From the NCBI GenBank assembly GCA_022705575.1, contig JAKJED010000001.1, positions 1 to 51,389 of the forward strand: 51,389 nucleotides of DNA, given 5' to 3'. The notes below the pieces were generated by a model. The model was not told where the DNA came from. It did no database searches and saw nothing but the letters and a program-made list of their open reading frames with translations. Both the position numbers and the translations under genes were made by a program. The DNA is from Patescibacteria group bacterium (lineage in GTDB: Bacteria > Patescibacteriota > Minisyncoccia > RBG-13-40-8-A). Position 1 is the first letter of the stretch. The number at the start of each line of letters is the position of its first letter. This document shows positions 1 through 10,029 of the stretch, piece by piece.

Positions 1-363
1 CCGATTTTAGACCATCAATTAGTGGAATTATCCGTAAAAATTCCAAGTAAATATAAAATGTTGAATAAAAATCATGGTAAGGCAATTTTTATAGAGGCAA
101 TGAAAAAATATTTACCAAAACATATTTCAGAATTAGATAGAAAAAAAGTTTGGATGACTCCTGCGTCGCAATGGCTAAGAGAAGACTTGAATCAAAAAGC
201 AAAAGAAGTTTTATCTGCGGATTATTTTTCGCAAAATCAACAATATTTTAATTTTACAGAGATTCAAAAAATGTTTGACGAACATATTGATAAGACAAAA
301 TATAATCTTAATTTGATTTGGGCATTAATTGTATTTCAGATGTGGTGTAAGAAATATTTATAA
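1..363 (+). CDS. Asparagine synthase-like amidotransferase, C-terminal fragment (5' end outside window)
   Basis: Frame is open from nt 1. The C-terminus ...NLIWALIVFQMWCKKYL parallels the C-terminus of the full-length AsnB-type protein at 3201-5048 (...ILWNLIIFQNWCKNYL). Confidence 0.7.
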   Translation, partial: PILDHQLVELSVKIPSKYKMLNKNHGKAIFIEAMKKYLPKHISELDRKKVWMTPASQWLREDLNQKAKEVLSADYFSQNQQYFNFTEIQKMFDEHIDKTKYNLNLIWALIVFQMWCKKYL

Positions 364-364
364 T

Positions 365-1090
365 ATGCACTTACAATATTTAAAAAGATTTTACCCCGAC
401 TTTAAAAACAAAAAGATTCTCGAATTAGGTTGTGGTAAAGGAGAATTTCTATTAGAATGTCACAAAGAAAATTTAGATGTTGTCGGCGTTGATATAAATC
501 CAAATTATATAGAAATTAGCAAAGAGAAAATTAAAAAATCTGGTTTTGAACCGCATATTATTTTAACAAAAGGAGAAAAATTGCCATTTAAAGATAATTC
601 TTTTGATTTTATAAATTGTGTTGAAGTGTTAGAACATACCAATGATCCAGAACAGGTTTTAAAGGAATGTTTTAGGATGTTAAAAAATAATGGGCAAATA
701 TACATAACAATTCATAACAGACTTGGCTTTAAAGATGCTCATTATAATCTTAGGTTTTTAAATTGGATGCCAAGATTTTTAGGAGAAAAATATATTAAAC
801 TAAAAAAGAAAAATAAGGATAAATTTCAATTTCTTGATAAACAGAAGATTTCTGAAATGCATTATTATACGTATAAAAAATTTACAAACATAGTTACTAA
901 GATTGGATTCAATATTAAGGACACAAAAAAGATACAATTACAAAACCCCGAAATAATTTTGAATAAAAAATTTAAAAGAATTGTATTCTTATTTCAAAGA
1001 TTTAAAATAAGTTTTATTTTAGATTGGTTGTATAAATTATTAAATAAATTATATTTTAATACCTTTCATCTAATTTTAATAAAAAAATGA
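365..1090 (+). CDS. Class I SAM-dependent methyltransferase
   Basis: Motif I ILELGCGKGEF and VEVLEHTNDPEQVL (Methyltransf_11-like). The ATG at 365 lies 1 nt after the upstream stop, so the 329 start in the ORF track would overlap the AsnB tail. Confidence 0.8.
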   Translation: MHLQYLKRFYPDFKNKKILELGCGKGEFLLECHKENLDVVGVDINPNYIEISKEKIKKSGFEPHIILTKGEKLPFKDNSFDFINCVEVLEHTNDPEQVLKECFRMLKNNGQIYITIHNRLGFKDAHYNLRFLNWMPRFLGEKYIKLKKKNKDKFQFLDKQKISEMHYYTYKKFTNIVTKIGFNIKDTKKIQLQNPEIILNKKFKRIVFLFQRFKISFILDWLYKLLNKLYFNTFHLILIKK

Positions 1091-2169
1091 AAATTTGTTT
1101 TTTGAACGAAAATTTGAATATTAATGCTGGCGTAGGAAGATTCGGTTTGGACATGATTAAGGGTGTTCAAAATAGTAAAAATTTTGAAACAATTGTTTTA
1201 ACCGAGAAAAAATTCAATAATTATGAATTTGAAAAACCAATTCTAAAAAAATCTTATCTTTTGCGTAATTTTTTAAATATTTTTATAAATGCTATAAGGG
1301 CAAGAAAATACATTAAGAAATGCGATATAGTTCATGCTCTAGATGGTTATCCTTATGGCGTTATTGCCACTTTGGCCAATATTGGACTTAATAAAAAATT
1401 AATTATAAGTGGCATAGGTACCTATTCTGTTCTTCCGTTAGATGAACCAATCAAAAAATGGTTTTTAAGATGGGCATATAAAAAAGCCGATAAAATTATT
1501 TGCATAAGCAGTTTTACGGAAAAACAAATTTTAAAAAGAATCAATTTACATAATACGGTTGTAATTAATCACGGCGTTGATTATAATAAATTTCAAATTG
1601 GCTACCGGGGGCAGAATAAAGAAAAAATTATTTTGAGTGTTGGTGCCTTGAAACTGAGAAAAGGCTATCATATATCCATACCAGCAATAGCCGAAGTTAA
1701 AAAGAAATATCCAAACATAAAATATTATATAGTCGGAGGGAGACCAACCGAAATATATTCGAAATTAGTAAAAGATTGCGGCCTAAAAGAAAATGTTAAG
1801 TTTTTCTATGACATATCAGATGAAGAATTAATTGAGCTCTATTATGATTCAAATGTTTTTCTACTTACATCGATAACCATAAACGACAACGATTTTGAAG
1901 GATTTGGTTTGGTATATCTAGAGGCGGGAGCATGTGGTAGGCCAGTTATTGGTGCTTATGGTTCGGGCGCAGAAGATGCGATTATCAATCAAAAAACCGG
2001 GTTTTTGGTTCCGCAAAACGATGTGCAAAAAACCGCCGAAGCGATTTTAAAATTATTAGACAATCCAGAATTAGCTGAAACAATGGGAGAAAACGGTAAA
2101 AAAAGAGCAGAAAAAATGAGTTGGGAGGATGTGGCCCAAAAGTATATCGAAGAATATAAAAAAATATAA
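1087..2169 (+). CDS. GT4-family (GT-B fold) glycosyltransferase
   Basis: C-terminal EGFGLVYLEAGACGRPVIG...TGFLV block typical of GT4. ATGA overlap with the upstream gene. Confidence 0.85.
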   Translation: MKICFLNENLNINAGVGRFGLDMIKGVQNSKNFETIVLTEKKFNNYEFEKPILKKSYLLRNFLNIFINAIRARKYIKKCDIVHALDGYPYGVIATLANIGLNKKLIISGIGTYSVLPLDEPIKKWFLRWAYKKADKIICISSFTEKQILKRINLHNTVVINHGVDYNKFQIGYRGQNKEKIILSVGALKLRKGYHISIPAIAEVKKKYPNIKYYIVGGRPTEIYSKLVKDCGLKENVKFFYDISDEELIELYYDSNVFLLTSITINDNDFEGFGLVYLEAGACGRPVIGAYGSGAEDAIINQKTGFLVPQNDVQKTAEAILKLLDNPELAETMGENGKKRAEKMSWEDVAQKYIEEYKKI

Positions 2170-2250
2170 ATTTTAATTGATTTATTCTTATTATTTTGCG
2201 ATACTAACCTATGTGGGGTTGTAGAATTTATTCATAATTTTAATTTAAAT

Positions 2251-3198
2251 ATGAAACTATCCATTATAATCCCAGTTTATAACGAAGAAAAAAACATAGA
2301 AGAACTTTATGTGGAACTTAAAAAAGTTTTAGATAATTTGTCTATCAATTATGAAATAATAGCGGTTAATGATGGTTCCAGCGATAATAGTTTGGCAATA
2401 TTAGAAAAAATAGCCGGTTACGATTTTAATTTTAAAGTTATTGGTTTTAGGAAAAATTTTGGACAAACAGCCGCAATTTCTGCTGGAATAGATTATGCCA
2501 ATGGAGAAGTTTTAATTTTAATGGACTCAGATCTGCAAAACGATCCAACTGATATCCCAAGGTTTTTAAAAGAAATAGGGCGTGGCTATGATGTTGTTTC
2601 GGGATGGCGTAAAAATCGAAAAGATAAATTTCTTACCAGAAAAATTCCTTCGTGGCTGGCAAACAAACTAATTTCATTTATAACAAAAGTAAATTTGCAT
2701 GATTATGGTTGTACCATGAAGGCTTATAAAAGTGAAGCAATTAAAGATGTGAGGTTGTATGGAGAAATGCATAGATTTATTCCCGCCTATACTTCGTGGC
2801 ATGGAGCAAAAATTCAAGAAATCATTGTGAATCATAGGCCAAGAAAATATGGGAAAACTAAATATGGAATTTCGCGAACGTTTAGAGTAATATTGGATCT
2901 ATTAACGGTTAAATTTTTAACTGATTATTCTACTAAGCCAATGCACTTCTTCGGTAGGATTGGATTTTGGTTATTTAGTTTTGGTTTTATTTCTGGCGCA
3001 CTGGCATTATTTTTAAGGTTTTTTAAGGGCATTACTCTTATTCAAACTCCGCTTCCTCTGCTTACTGTCCTTTTTGTGGTTGTTGGAGTTCAATTTATTT
3101 TAATGGGACTTTTGGCAGAAATTCTAATTAGAATTTATTATGAATCGCCTCAAAAAACGACTTATTTAATTAAAGAAAAAATTAATTTCGATAAATAA
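2251..3198 (+). CDS. GT2 polyprenyl-phosphate glycosyltransferase (GtrB/ArnC/DPM1-like)
   Basis: IIIPVYNEEKNI, NDGSSD, LMDSDLQ (DXD) and two C-terminal TM helices. This is the architecture of lipid-phosphate sugar synthases. Confidence 0.85.
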   Translation: MKLSIIIPVYNEEKNIEELYVELKKVLDNLSINYEIIAVNDGSSDNSLAILEKIAGYDFNFKVIGFRKNFGQTAAISAGIDYANGEVLILMDSDLQNDPTDIPRFLKEIGRGYDVVSGWRKNRKDKFLTRKIPSWLANKLISFITKVNLHDYGCTMKAYKSEAIKDVRLYGEMHRFIPAYTSWHGAKIQEIIVNHRPRKYGKTKYGISRTFRVILDLLTVKFLTDYSTKPMHFFGRIGFWLFSFGFISGALALFLRFFKGITLIQTPLPLLTVLFVVVGVQFILMGLLAEILIRIYYESPQKTTYLIKEKINFDK

Positions 3199-3200
3199 TT

Positions 3201-5048
3201 ATGTGTGGAATAGCTGGTTATATTGGGCAAGGAGATCAGAAAATTCTGAAAAACATGACGGACATGATAAAGTATCGTGGACCAGACGACGAAGGATTTC
3301 ACACAGAAGAAGGAATTGGTTTGGGAATGAGAAGATTAAGTATTATTGATTTAATTGGTGGCAAGCAACCAATCTACAATGAAGACAAATCAGTCGTTGC
3401 GGTGTTTAATGGAGAAATATATAATTTTCAAGAGATAAAAAAAGAATTAATTGCCGTTGGCCATAAATTTGAAACTAATTCTGATACAGAAATAATTGTT
3501 CATCAGTACGAGGAAAGCGGAGAAAATTGTTTTAAAAAATTCAATGGCATGTTTGCCATTGCCCTTTGGGATAAAAAAGAAAAGAAATTAATTTTAGCTA
3601 GAGATCGTTATGGCGAAAAACCGTTGTATTGGAGCAAAATAAATGATACGTTAATTTTTTCTTCGGAAATAAAAAGTATTTTGTCTCATCCGCTAATTGA
3701 AAAGAAGCTAAATCACCTTGCAATCTATCAGTATTTCTCTTTCGATTATGTTCCTCAACCGCTTACTGTTTTTGAAAATATTTATAAATTGGAAAACGGA
3801 TCATCTTTAGTTTTTAAAAATAACGAAATTAAAATTAATAGATTCTACGAGATAAAATCTAACGAAGAAAAAATTGATTTTAAATCCGCTCTCGTAAAGC
3901 TAGAAAAACTACTAGAAGATTCGGTAAAAAGACGCTTGATTGCTGACGTGCCTTTGGGAGTTTTCTTGTCAGGAGGGATTGATTCATCGACCATAGCGTA
4001 TTTTGCTAAAAAACACCAATCACAAATTAAGACATTTTCAATTGGTTTTAGCGAAAAAACTTTTGATGAATCTATTTATGCCAAACAGGTAGCAAAATTG
4101 TTAAATACAGAACATTATCACAAAGAATTTGGACCAAATGATTTACTTAAAATCATTCCCGAAATCATTGATAAATTAGACGAACCATTTGGGGATTCCT
4201 CTATCCTGCCTACGTTTTTACTCTCAAAGTTTACGAAAGAAAAAGTTACGGTTGTTTTGGGTGGAGATGGAGGAGATGAGTTGTTAATGGGCTACCCCAA
4301 TCATCAGATACAAAAATTGCTTTATTTTTTGAAACTCCATAATCTAAAGTTTAATGGTGATTTGGTTAGTTTCTTAGAACGAATCTTGCCTGTTTCCAAT
4401 AAAAACTTGAGACTTTCTTACAAAATGAAAAGATATTGTCACGGTCTTTCGTTCCCCGGATTGTATCGTGATTTTTTAAACATTGGCGGTTATATTCGTG
4501 ATCTTAATAATCTGTTTAAATTTCAGATTGACTCAAAAAAAATATTTAGTTTTGTGGACAATTTTCTCGGCAATCAACCAGAAAAAAATTATTTAAAAAA
4601 AATTAATTTATTATTTTTAAAATATTACCTAGAGGATGACATTTTATTTAAAGTGGATCGTGCTGGTATGTATAATAGTTTAGAGGTAAGAGCGCCGTTT
4701 TTGGATTTTAATTTAGCTGATCTCCTTAACTCTCTGCCGTTGAATTATAAATTACGGGGTCAAAGAACAAAGTATATTCTTAAAAAATTAATGGCAGGTA
4801 GATTGCCAAAACATATTATTAATCGCAAGAAAAAGGGATTTGGAATACCATTAACAATATGGTTAAAGCGGGATTTAAAAAACTATATGCTAGAAACGCT
4901 TAACCGTAAAGACATAGATGATTTTGGAATAATAAACTATGATTTTGTTGAAAAATTAATTAATGAACATTTGCAGAACAAAAAAGATAATCGAAAAATT
5001 CTTTGGAATTTAATTATTTTTCAAAATTGGTGTAAAAATTATTTATGA
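3201..5048 (+). CDS. asnB: Asparagine synthase (glutamine-hydrolysing)-type amidotransferase
   Basis: N-terminal MCGIAGY (Cys2 nucleophile) and PP-loop SGGIDSS; 615 aa. In a glycan cluster it is more likely a sugar/uronate amidotransferase than housekeeping AsnB (inference). Confidence 0.9.
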   Translation: MCGIAGYIGQGDQKILKNMTDMIKYRGPDDEGFHTEEGIGLGMRRLSIIDLIGGKQPIYNEDKSVVAVFNGEIYNFQEIKKELIAVGHKFETNSDTEIIVHQYEESGENCFKKFNGMFAIALWDKKEKKLILARDRYGEKPLYWSKINDTLIFSSEIKSILSHPLIEKKLNHLAIYQYFSFDYVPQPLTVFENIYKLENGSSLVFKNNEIKINRFYEIKSNEEKIDFKSALVKLEKLLEDSVKRRLIADVPLGVFLSGGIDSSTIAYFAKKHQSQIKTFSIGFSEKTFDESIYAKQVAKLLNTEHYHKEFGPNDLLKIIPEIIDKLDEPFGDSSILPTFLLSKFTKEKVTVVLGGDGGDELLMGYPNHQIQKLLYFLKLHNLKFNGDLVSFLERILPVSNKNLRLSYKMKRYCHGLSFPGLYRDFLNIGGYIRDLNNLFKFQIDSKKIFSFVDNFLGNQPEKNYLKKINLLFLKYYLEDDILFKVDRAGMYNSLEVRAPFLDFNLADLLNSLPLNYKLRGQRTKYILKKLMAGRLPKHIINRKKKGFGIPLTIWLKRDLKNYMLETLNRKDIDDFGIINYDFVEKLINEHLQNKKDNRKILWNLIIFQNWCKNYL

Positions 5049-5740
5049 CAGAACAAACAAATAAAAATTTTGTTCAATGGAATGAAGCCATGGCCCTAAA
5101 ATATAATCCCGAAAATTATTATAAGAGTCATAATTTTATTATTCGATTTATAGAAAATTTACGAAAAAAAACAATTATTAAAATGCTTAATCCTCAAAAT
5201 GATGATAAAATAATTGAATTGGGGTGCGGGGCAGGAAATTTAATGGAAGCAATAAAATCGGCTAGGGAGTTGGTGGGGATTGATTTGTCTGATTTTCTTT
5301 TAAATTTAGCTCGTAGCAAAAAATATTTTGTAAACACTAAACTTATTAAAGGAAACATAGAAAATTTGCCAGAAGAAATAGTCAACGATAAATTTGATAA
5401 AATTTATTGTAGTGAAGTATTAGAACACGTTGAGCATCCGGAACAAGTATTGAAAGAAATAAAAAAAATTATTAAAAAAAATGGAATATTGATAGTATCT
5501 ATACCCAATGAAAATCTGATTAATAAGTTTAAAGATATTTTAATAAAATTTAAAATATTTAATTTATTGTTTCCGAATCTTTCTGTAAGAATGACCGATG
5601 AATGGCATATACATTTATTTAATTTGTTAAAATTCAAAAATTTAATTGCAAATGATTATTCTGTTATTAAAATAAGTCGAATTCCTTTAAAATTGATACC
5701 ATTAAGATATGTGATAAAATTAAAAATTAAATATGCTTAA
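5045..5740 (+). CDS. Class I SAM-dependent methyltransferase
   Basis: IIELGCGAGN motif I and SEVLEHVEHPEQVL. ATGA overlap with asnB-like gene. Confidence 0.8.
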   Translation: MTEQTNKNFVQWNEAMALKYNPENYYKSHNFIIRFIENLRKKTIIKMLNPQNDDKIIELGCGAGNLMEAIKSARELVGIDLSDFLLNLARSKKYFVNTKLIKGNIENLPEEIVNDKFDKIYCSEVLEHVEHPEQVLKEIKKIIKKNGILIVSIPNENLINKFKDILIKFKIFNLLFPNLSVRMTDEWHIHLFNLLKFKNLIANDYSVIKISRIPLKLIPLRYVIKLKIKYA

Positions 5741-6587
5741 TCGTCAAATATTAAATAATTTAATATGTATAAAATGTTCAGGATTATTGAATGTATATGA
5801 CAATAAATTAATTTGCAGAGAATGTGCAAAAGAGTATCAAATAACAAACAATAAACTTTTTATCTTAAACGAGGACAATAATATTGAATCCACTAAAAAT
5901 GATTTTATTTTTAATGAATTCAAAAAAATTTTTAAAAAACATCATCAAATTTTTAACATTTTATATTATCTTTTTGGGGCGTCATTTGTAGGAAAAAATG
6001 TTGGCAAATGTATTAATTGTAAAGATAAAAATAAAATAATTGTTAATTTAGGTTCGGGAGTAAGAATGGTTAAAGATAATATAATAAATATTGATTTTTC
6101 TCCATATAATAATGTTGATATGGTTGCAGATATTGCCAATCTTCCTTTTCCCAACAACTCGATAGATGTTGTAGTAATTGAATCGGTTTTAGAGCATGTT
6201 CCCAAACATCAGGCCATTATTAGTGAGATTAAAAGAATATTGAAATCGGAAGGGTTTGTTTATGTGACCGTTCCTTTTGTTGCGGCTTTTCATTCATCTC
6301 CTAATGACTATTATCGTTGGTCAAAAGAAGGATTTAGAGAATTAATGCATGATTTTGAAGAAGTTGAATGCGGGATTAGACACGGACCAACATCGGCAAT
6401 GCTTTCAATTTTTAATGAATGGTTAGCGACGCTTTTTAGTTTTGGCTCTAAATATTTACATCAATTTTTGTTAATTCTGTTTACTATAATTAGTAGTCCG
6501 TTAAAAATTTTAGATTATTTAATCTCAAAATTTCCCAGTGCTCAAAATATTGCTTTTGGATTTTATTATATAGGTAAAAAGAAATAA
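5733..6587 (+). CDS. Methyltransferase with N-terminal Cys4 zinc-ribbon (Trm112-like) domain
   Basis: CIKCSG...CRECAKEY N-terminal CxxC pairs, then VNLGSG and IESVLEHVPKHQ (Methyltransf_11-like). Overlaps the upstream gene by 8 nt. Confidence 0.7.
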   Translation: MLNRQILNNLICIKCSGLLNVYDNKLICRECAKEYQITNNKLFILNEDNNIESTKNDFIFNEFKKIFKKHHQIFNILYYLFGASFVGKNVGKCINCKDKNKIIVNLGSGVRMVKDNIINIDFSPYNNVDMVADIANLPFPNNSIDVVVIESVLEHVPKHQAIISEIKRILKSEGFVYVTVPFVAAFHSSPNDYYRWSKEGFRELMHDFEEVECGIRHGPTSAMLSIFNEWLATLFSFGSKYLHQFLLILFTIISSPLKILDYLISKFPSAQNIAFGFYYIGKKK

Positions 6588-6591
6588 TTGT

Positions 6592-8007
6592 ATGAATATA
6601 GCATTATTAACTCCGCCATACGATATCATGAAAAAGGGTTATGGTTCAAAAAGAAAGGTCCGTGGTGGATTATTTCCGCCACTTGGTTTGGCATATTTAG
6701 CTAGCCCACTATTAAAAGATGGTTATAATGTAAAAATTATTGATGCTTCGTCTTATCAATATACCAATGATCAAATATATAAAATATTATCGGATTTTAA
6801 ACCAGATATAATTGGAATTTCTTCGGTAACCTCTTCGGCAGACGAATCTTATTCTTTAGCGAATCATTTAAAAGACAAAATTAAAGATGTTCCTATAATT
6901 TATGGCGGACCACACACGAGTTGTTTTCCAGAAATGGTATTTGATAATATCAAGCAATTAGATTTATTGGTTTATGGCGAAGGAGAAGTAACATTTAAAA
7001 AAATTGTCGATTTTTATCAAAAAGAAAAAAAAATACCCCAAGATATTCCTGGAACGTGGGCGAAAATTAATGGAAAATGGATTAAAAATATTCCAGCCCA
7101 ACCAGTATTCAAGCTGGATGAATTACTTATGCCAGCATATGAATTGTTTGATTATAATGGAGTTTATAAACCACTTCCTCTGCAATATAAAAAATTGCCA
7201 ACAGCAAACATAATAACATCGCGTGGCTGTCCTTATGGAAAATGTACATTTTGTTATGAGTCGGGCAGGGCTTCACAAATTTATCGTCGTCATAATCCAG
7301 AAAGAGTAATAGAAGAAATAAAGTTTTTAGTAAACAAAATGGGAGTTAAGGAAATTGCTTTTTGGGATGATAATTTTTTAATCAGCGAAGATTGGATTTT
7401 AAAATTTTGTGATTTATTGGATAAAGAGGGACTTAACATGCCGTGGAGTGTTGTGGCCAGGGTTGATACGATTAACAAAAAATTACTTGAACGCGCAAAA
7501 AAATCTGGTCTATGGAATGTTTTTTTTGGCATAGAAACCGGCAATCAGGATTTGTTGGACAGAATAAAAAAGGGAATAACCCTTGATCAGGTTCGTCAGG
7601 CGGTGCAATGGTGTAACGAATTAGACATAGACACGAGAGGATCTTTTATGTTGGCCTTACCGGGCGAGACACCTCAGAAAGCGATAAATACTATTAATTT
7701 TGCTTGCGATATAGGTGTTACCTATGCGCAATTTTTGCCGACTCATCCCGATTGGGGGACAGCACTATACGATGATGCTGTTGGCTCTGGAAGGGTAGTT
7801 CCTCTTTATCAGGGTAGAACATCTATTACGTATATACCAGATGGATATGAAAATGCTGATGAGATTAGAAGAATGCAAAAAAAGGCTTATAGAAGATTTT
7901 ATTTTCGATTAGAATATATTTTAAAGCACCTAAAACGACTTAACGATATTGGTAAAATTAAACAATATTTTGATGCACTCAAATATATAATTGGCATAAG
8001 TACTTAA
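6592..8007 (+). CDS. B12-binding-domain radical SAM enzyme (class B-like)
   Basis: N-terminal Rossmann-like region (IIDASS, IIGISSVTSS, IIYGGPH) followed by the Cys cluster SRGCPYGKCTFCYE. The spacing is CX4CX2C, not the canonical CX3CX2C. Confidence 0.85.
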   Translation: MNIALLTPPYDIMKKGYGSKRKVRGGLFPPLGLAYLASPLLKDGYNVKIIDASSYQYTNDQIYKILSDFKPDIIGISSVTSSADESYSLANHLKDKIKDVPIIYGGPHTSCFPEMVFDNIKQLDLLVYGEGEVTFKKIVDFYQKEKKIPQDIPGTWAKINGKWIKNIPAQPVFKLDELLMPAYELFDYNGVYKPLPLQYKKLPTANIITSRGCPYGKCTFCYESGRASQIYRRHNPERVIEEIKFLVNKMGVKEIAFWDDNFLISEDWILKFCDLLDKEGLNMPWSVVARVDTINKKLLERAKKSGLWNVFFGIETGNQDLLDRIKKGITLDQVRQAVQWCNELDIDTRGSFMLALPGETPQKAINTINFACDIGVTYAQFLPTHPDWGTALYDDAVGSGRVVPLYQGRTSITYIPDGYENADEIRRMQKKAYRRFYFRLEYILKHLKRLNDIGKIKQYFDALKYIIGIST

Positions 8008-8019
8008 TTATATCATTAA

Positions 8020-10029
8020 ATGATTACAATATTTATAATTTTGAAATTAATTATTTTTTGGGCAATTTTATTTTTCTTCGGATATCAATTAGCTGAGAGA
8101 ATATTAAAACAATTATCAAAAGAAACATTAATAGCTTTGTCGGGATTAATCGGAATCGGATTTTATATTTTTTTGATCAATGTTTTAGGTTATATTATTC
8201 CAATTAATGTGGCTTTTTATTTGGTTTTATTAATTTTTTTATTGTATGGAATGTGCTGTTTTTTAAGGCATAGATCAAATAAACGGGAGTGGGGAATTAA
8301 CAAAAAATGGAGAAAAATTATATTGATTTTAGCGATTTTGTCAATAGTTGTTACTTTTATAGTTGATAACAGATATCCTCTTGGCGGAGATCAAGTTTTG
8401 TTGACATGTATTCCCACTGCAGCTACAATAGCCGAAGGTAATTTTCCGCCACAAGCTATTTGGATGCCACAATATCCATTAAGATATCATTATGGTGCAC
8501 ATCTTTTTACTGCTGCGATTTATAAAGTAACGGGATTGCCACTTTACATGTCGTATGATATCCAAATAGCGGTTTTGGTATGTGTATTGTTCTTATTGGG
8601 ATTTATTTTGGCCAAAAAAATAGTTAATAATAATAAAAAAGCGTTAATTTCTTCAATATTAATGCTTGGCGTTGGAAATTTGGTTTTTTTAAAAGGTATA
8701 AATGGTATTGTTGTTTTGTATAATAAATATATTTTGGGTCATGAGATATTTGCACCCTTTAAATTTGTTTTTGAAATGATAGAGTCTTTGTTTTCTAGGC
8801 CGGTAGAGATGTGGATGGTTAATTTTCCGACTAATGCATTAAGCTTTGTGTTACTGATAGGTATAATATATTTATATTTTGATTCGATACAAAATAACAA
8901 TAAAAAAGTTTTATTAATTACCATACCACTTTTAAGCGTTTTAGCATTATTCTCAGAAATATTTTTTATTGTTGTTTGTTTTTTATTAATTATCTATCCC
9001 ATTGTTTTTGGCATAATAAGCAAAAACTGGCCATGTGCAAAGAAATTTTTAGTTGTTGCTTTGTTGATTTTATTAATTAGTGTGCCAATAGCTTTGGTTC
9101 AGGGAGGGGTTTTAACTCATTATTTGGGTCGAGATGGGCATAATTTAAAACTTCATCAAACTTATGGTTATACGAATATTGAGTTGATAAACAAAGGGTT
9201 CGAAATTAACGTCAGGCCATGGATTTTAATGACTCGCATAGGTCAAGACAATAGGTTGCCAATATATAGTTTGGAATTTTTATTACAATGGGGATTGCTA
9301 TTAATTTTGATTTTTTGTAGCGTAGTATATTTTTGGAAGAAAAAAAATAATTTTGTTATTTTTTTAGAATTGGCCTTTGGAGCATTTTTTGTAGCGCCAT
9401 TTTTTATTGTTTTTCCATTAGAATTGTGTTCTACTGAACGGTTTTTTTATGCAGCAAATTTATTTGGAGGATTGCTTATAGGATTGTGGTTATCGAATAT
9501 TTATGTTGATGGTCAAAATAAAATATTAAAAAGATTTATATGGTTATTGATCGGGGTGTTGATGCTTCAAACAATAATTTTTCAGTTAATATTTTTAACA
9601 GTTGGTTATCCTGTTGGTAAATGGAATAATATAGACAAATTTTTTGCAAAAAGTAATTCATTTGATGTAAAAATTTATCAGTGGGTAAAAGAAAACACTA
9701 CGATAAGTGATTATTTTTTAATAGTTCAACCGGATGATTATGAAATGGCACCTAATTTAAAATTTACAATTAATACCGGGAGAATGGCTCCGATTTATAC
9801 TTATCATGCCAATAACGACCCCATAGACATTCCGCAATCCTATGCTTTTGTAGAATTGAAAAAGGGTTGCAATACAGATTTAATAAAATTATTGGATTAT
9901 CATTATGTTTTAGTAAATAAAAATTGGCCGGATGGACTTGAAGAAAAATGTTTAGAAAATAATAAATTAGAATTAAAATTTGAAGAAACAGAAGGCGATA
10001 ATTTTATTAGAATTTATAAGGTTTTATGA
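8020..10029 (+). CDS. Large polytopic membrane protein with C-terminal soluble domain (possible GT-C-type glycosyltransferase/polymerase)
   Basis: 669 aa. The first ~520 aa are dominated by hydrophobic helices and the tail is soluble. No diagnostic motif recognised; function inferred from context only. Confidence 0.5.
   Translation: MITIFIILKLIIFWAILFFFGYQLAERILKQLSKETLIALSGLIGIGFYIFLINVLGYIIPINVAFYLVLLIFLLYGMCCFLRHRSNKREWGINKKWRKIILILAILSIVVTFIVDNRYPLGGDQVLLTCIPTAATIAEGNFPPQAIWMPQYPLRYHYGAHLFTAAIYKVTGLPLYMSYDIQIAVLVCVLFLLGFILAKKIVNNNKKALISSILMLGVGNLVFLKGINGIVVLYNKYILGHEIFAPFKFVFEMIESLFSRPVEMWMVNFPTNALSFVLLIGIIYLYFDSIQNNNKKVLLITIPLLSVLALFSEIFFIVVCFLLIIYPIVFGIISKNWPCAKKFLVVALLILLISVPIALVQGGVLTHYLGRDGHNLKLHQTYGYTNIELINKGFEINVRPWILMTRIGQDNRLPIYSLEFLLQWGLLLILIFCSVVYFWKKKNNFVIFLELAFGAFFVAPFFIVFPLELCSTERFFYAANLFGGLLIGLWLSNIYVDGQNKILKRFIWLLIGVLMLQTIIFQLIFLTVGYPVGKWNNIDKFFAKSNSFDVKIYQWVKENTTISDYFLIVQPDDYEMAPNLKFTINTGRMAPIYTYHANNDPIDIPQSYAFVELKKGCNTDLIKLLDYHYVLVNKNWPDGLEEKCLENNKLELKFEETEGDNFIRIYKVL

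Noticed and set aside
329-364. Upstream extensions of ORF-track starts (also 20767-20805 TTG, 47692 TTG, 30514-30558)
   Set aside because: The extensions overlap upstream genes or use TTG when a nearby ATG gives an N-terminus more typical of the family. 30514 would translate the SEC-C relic in a different frame.
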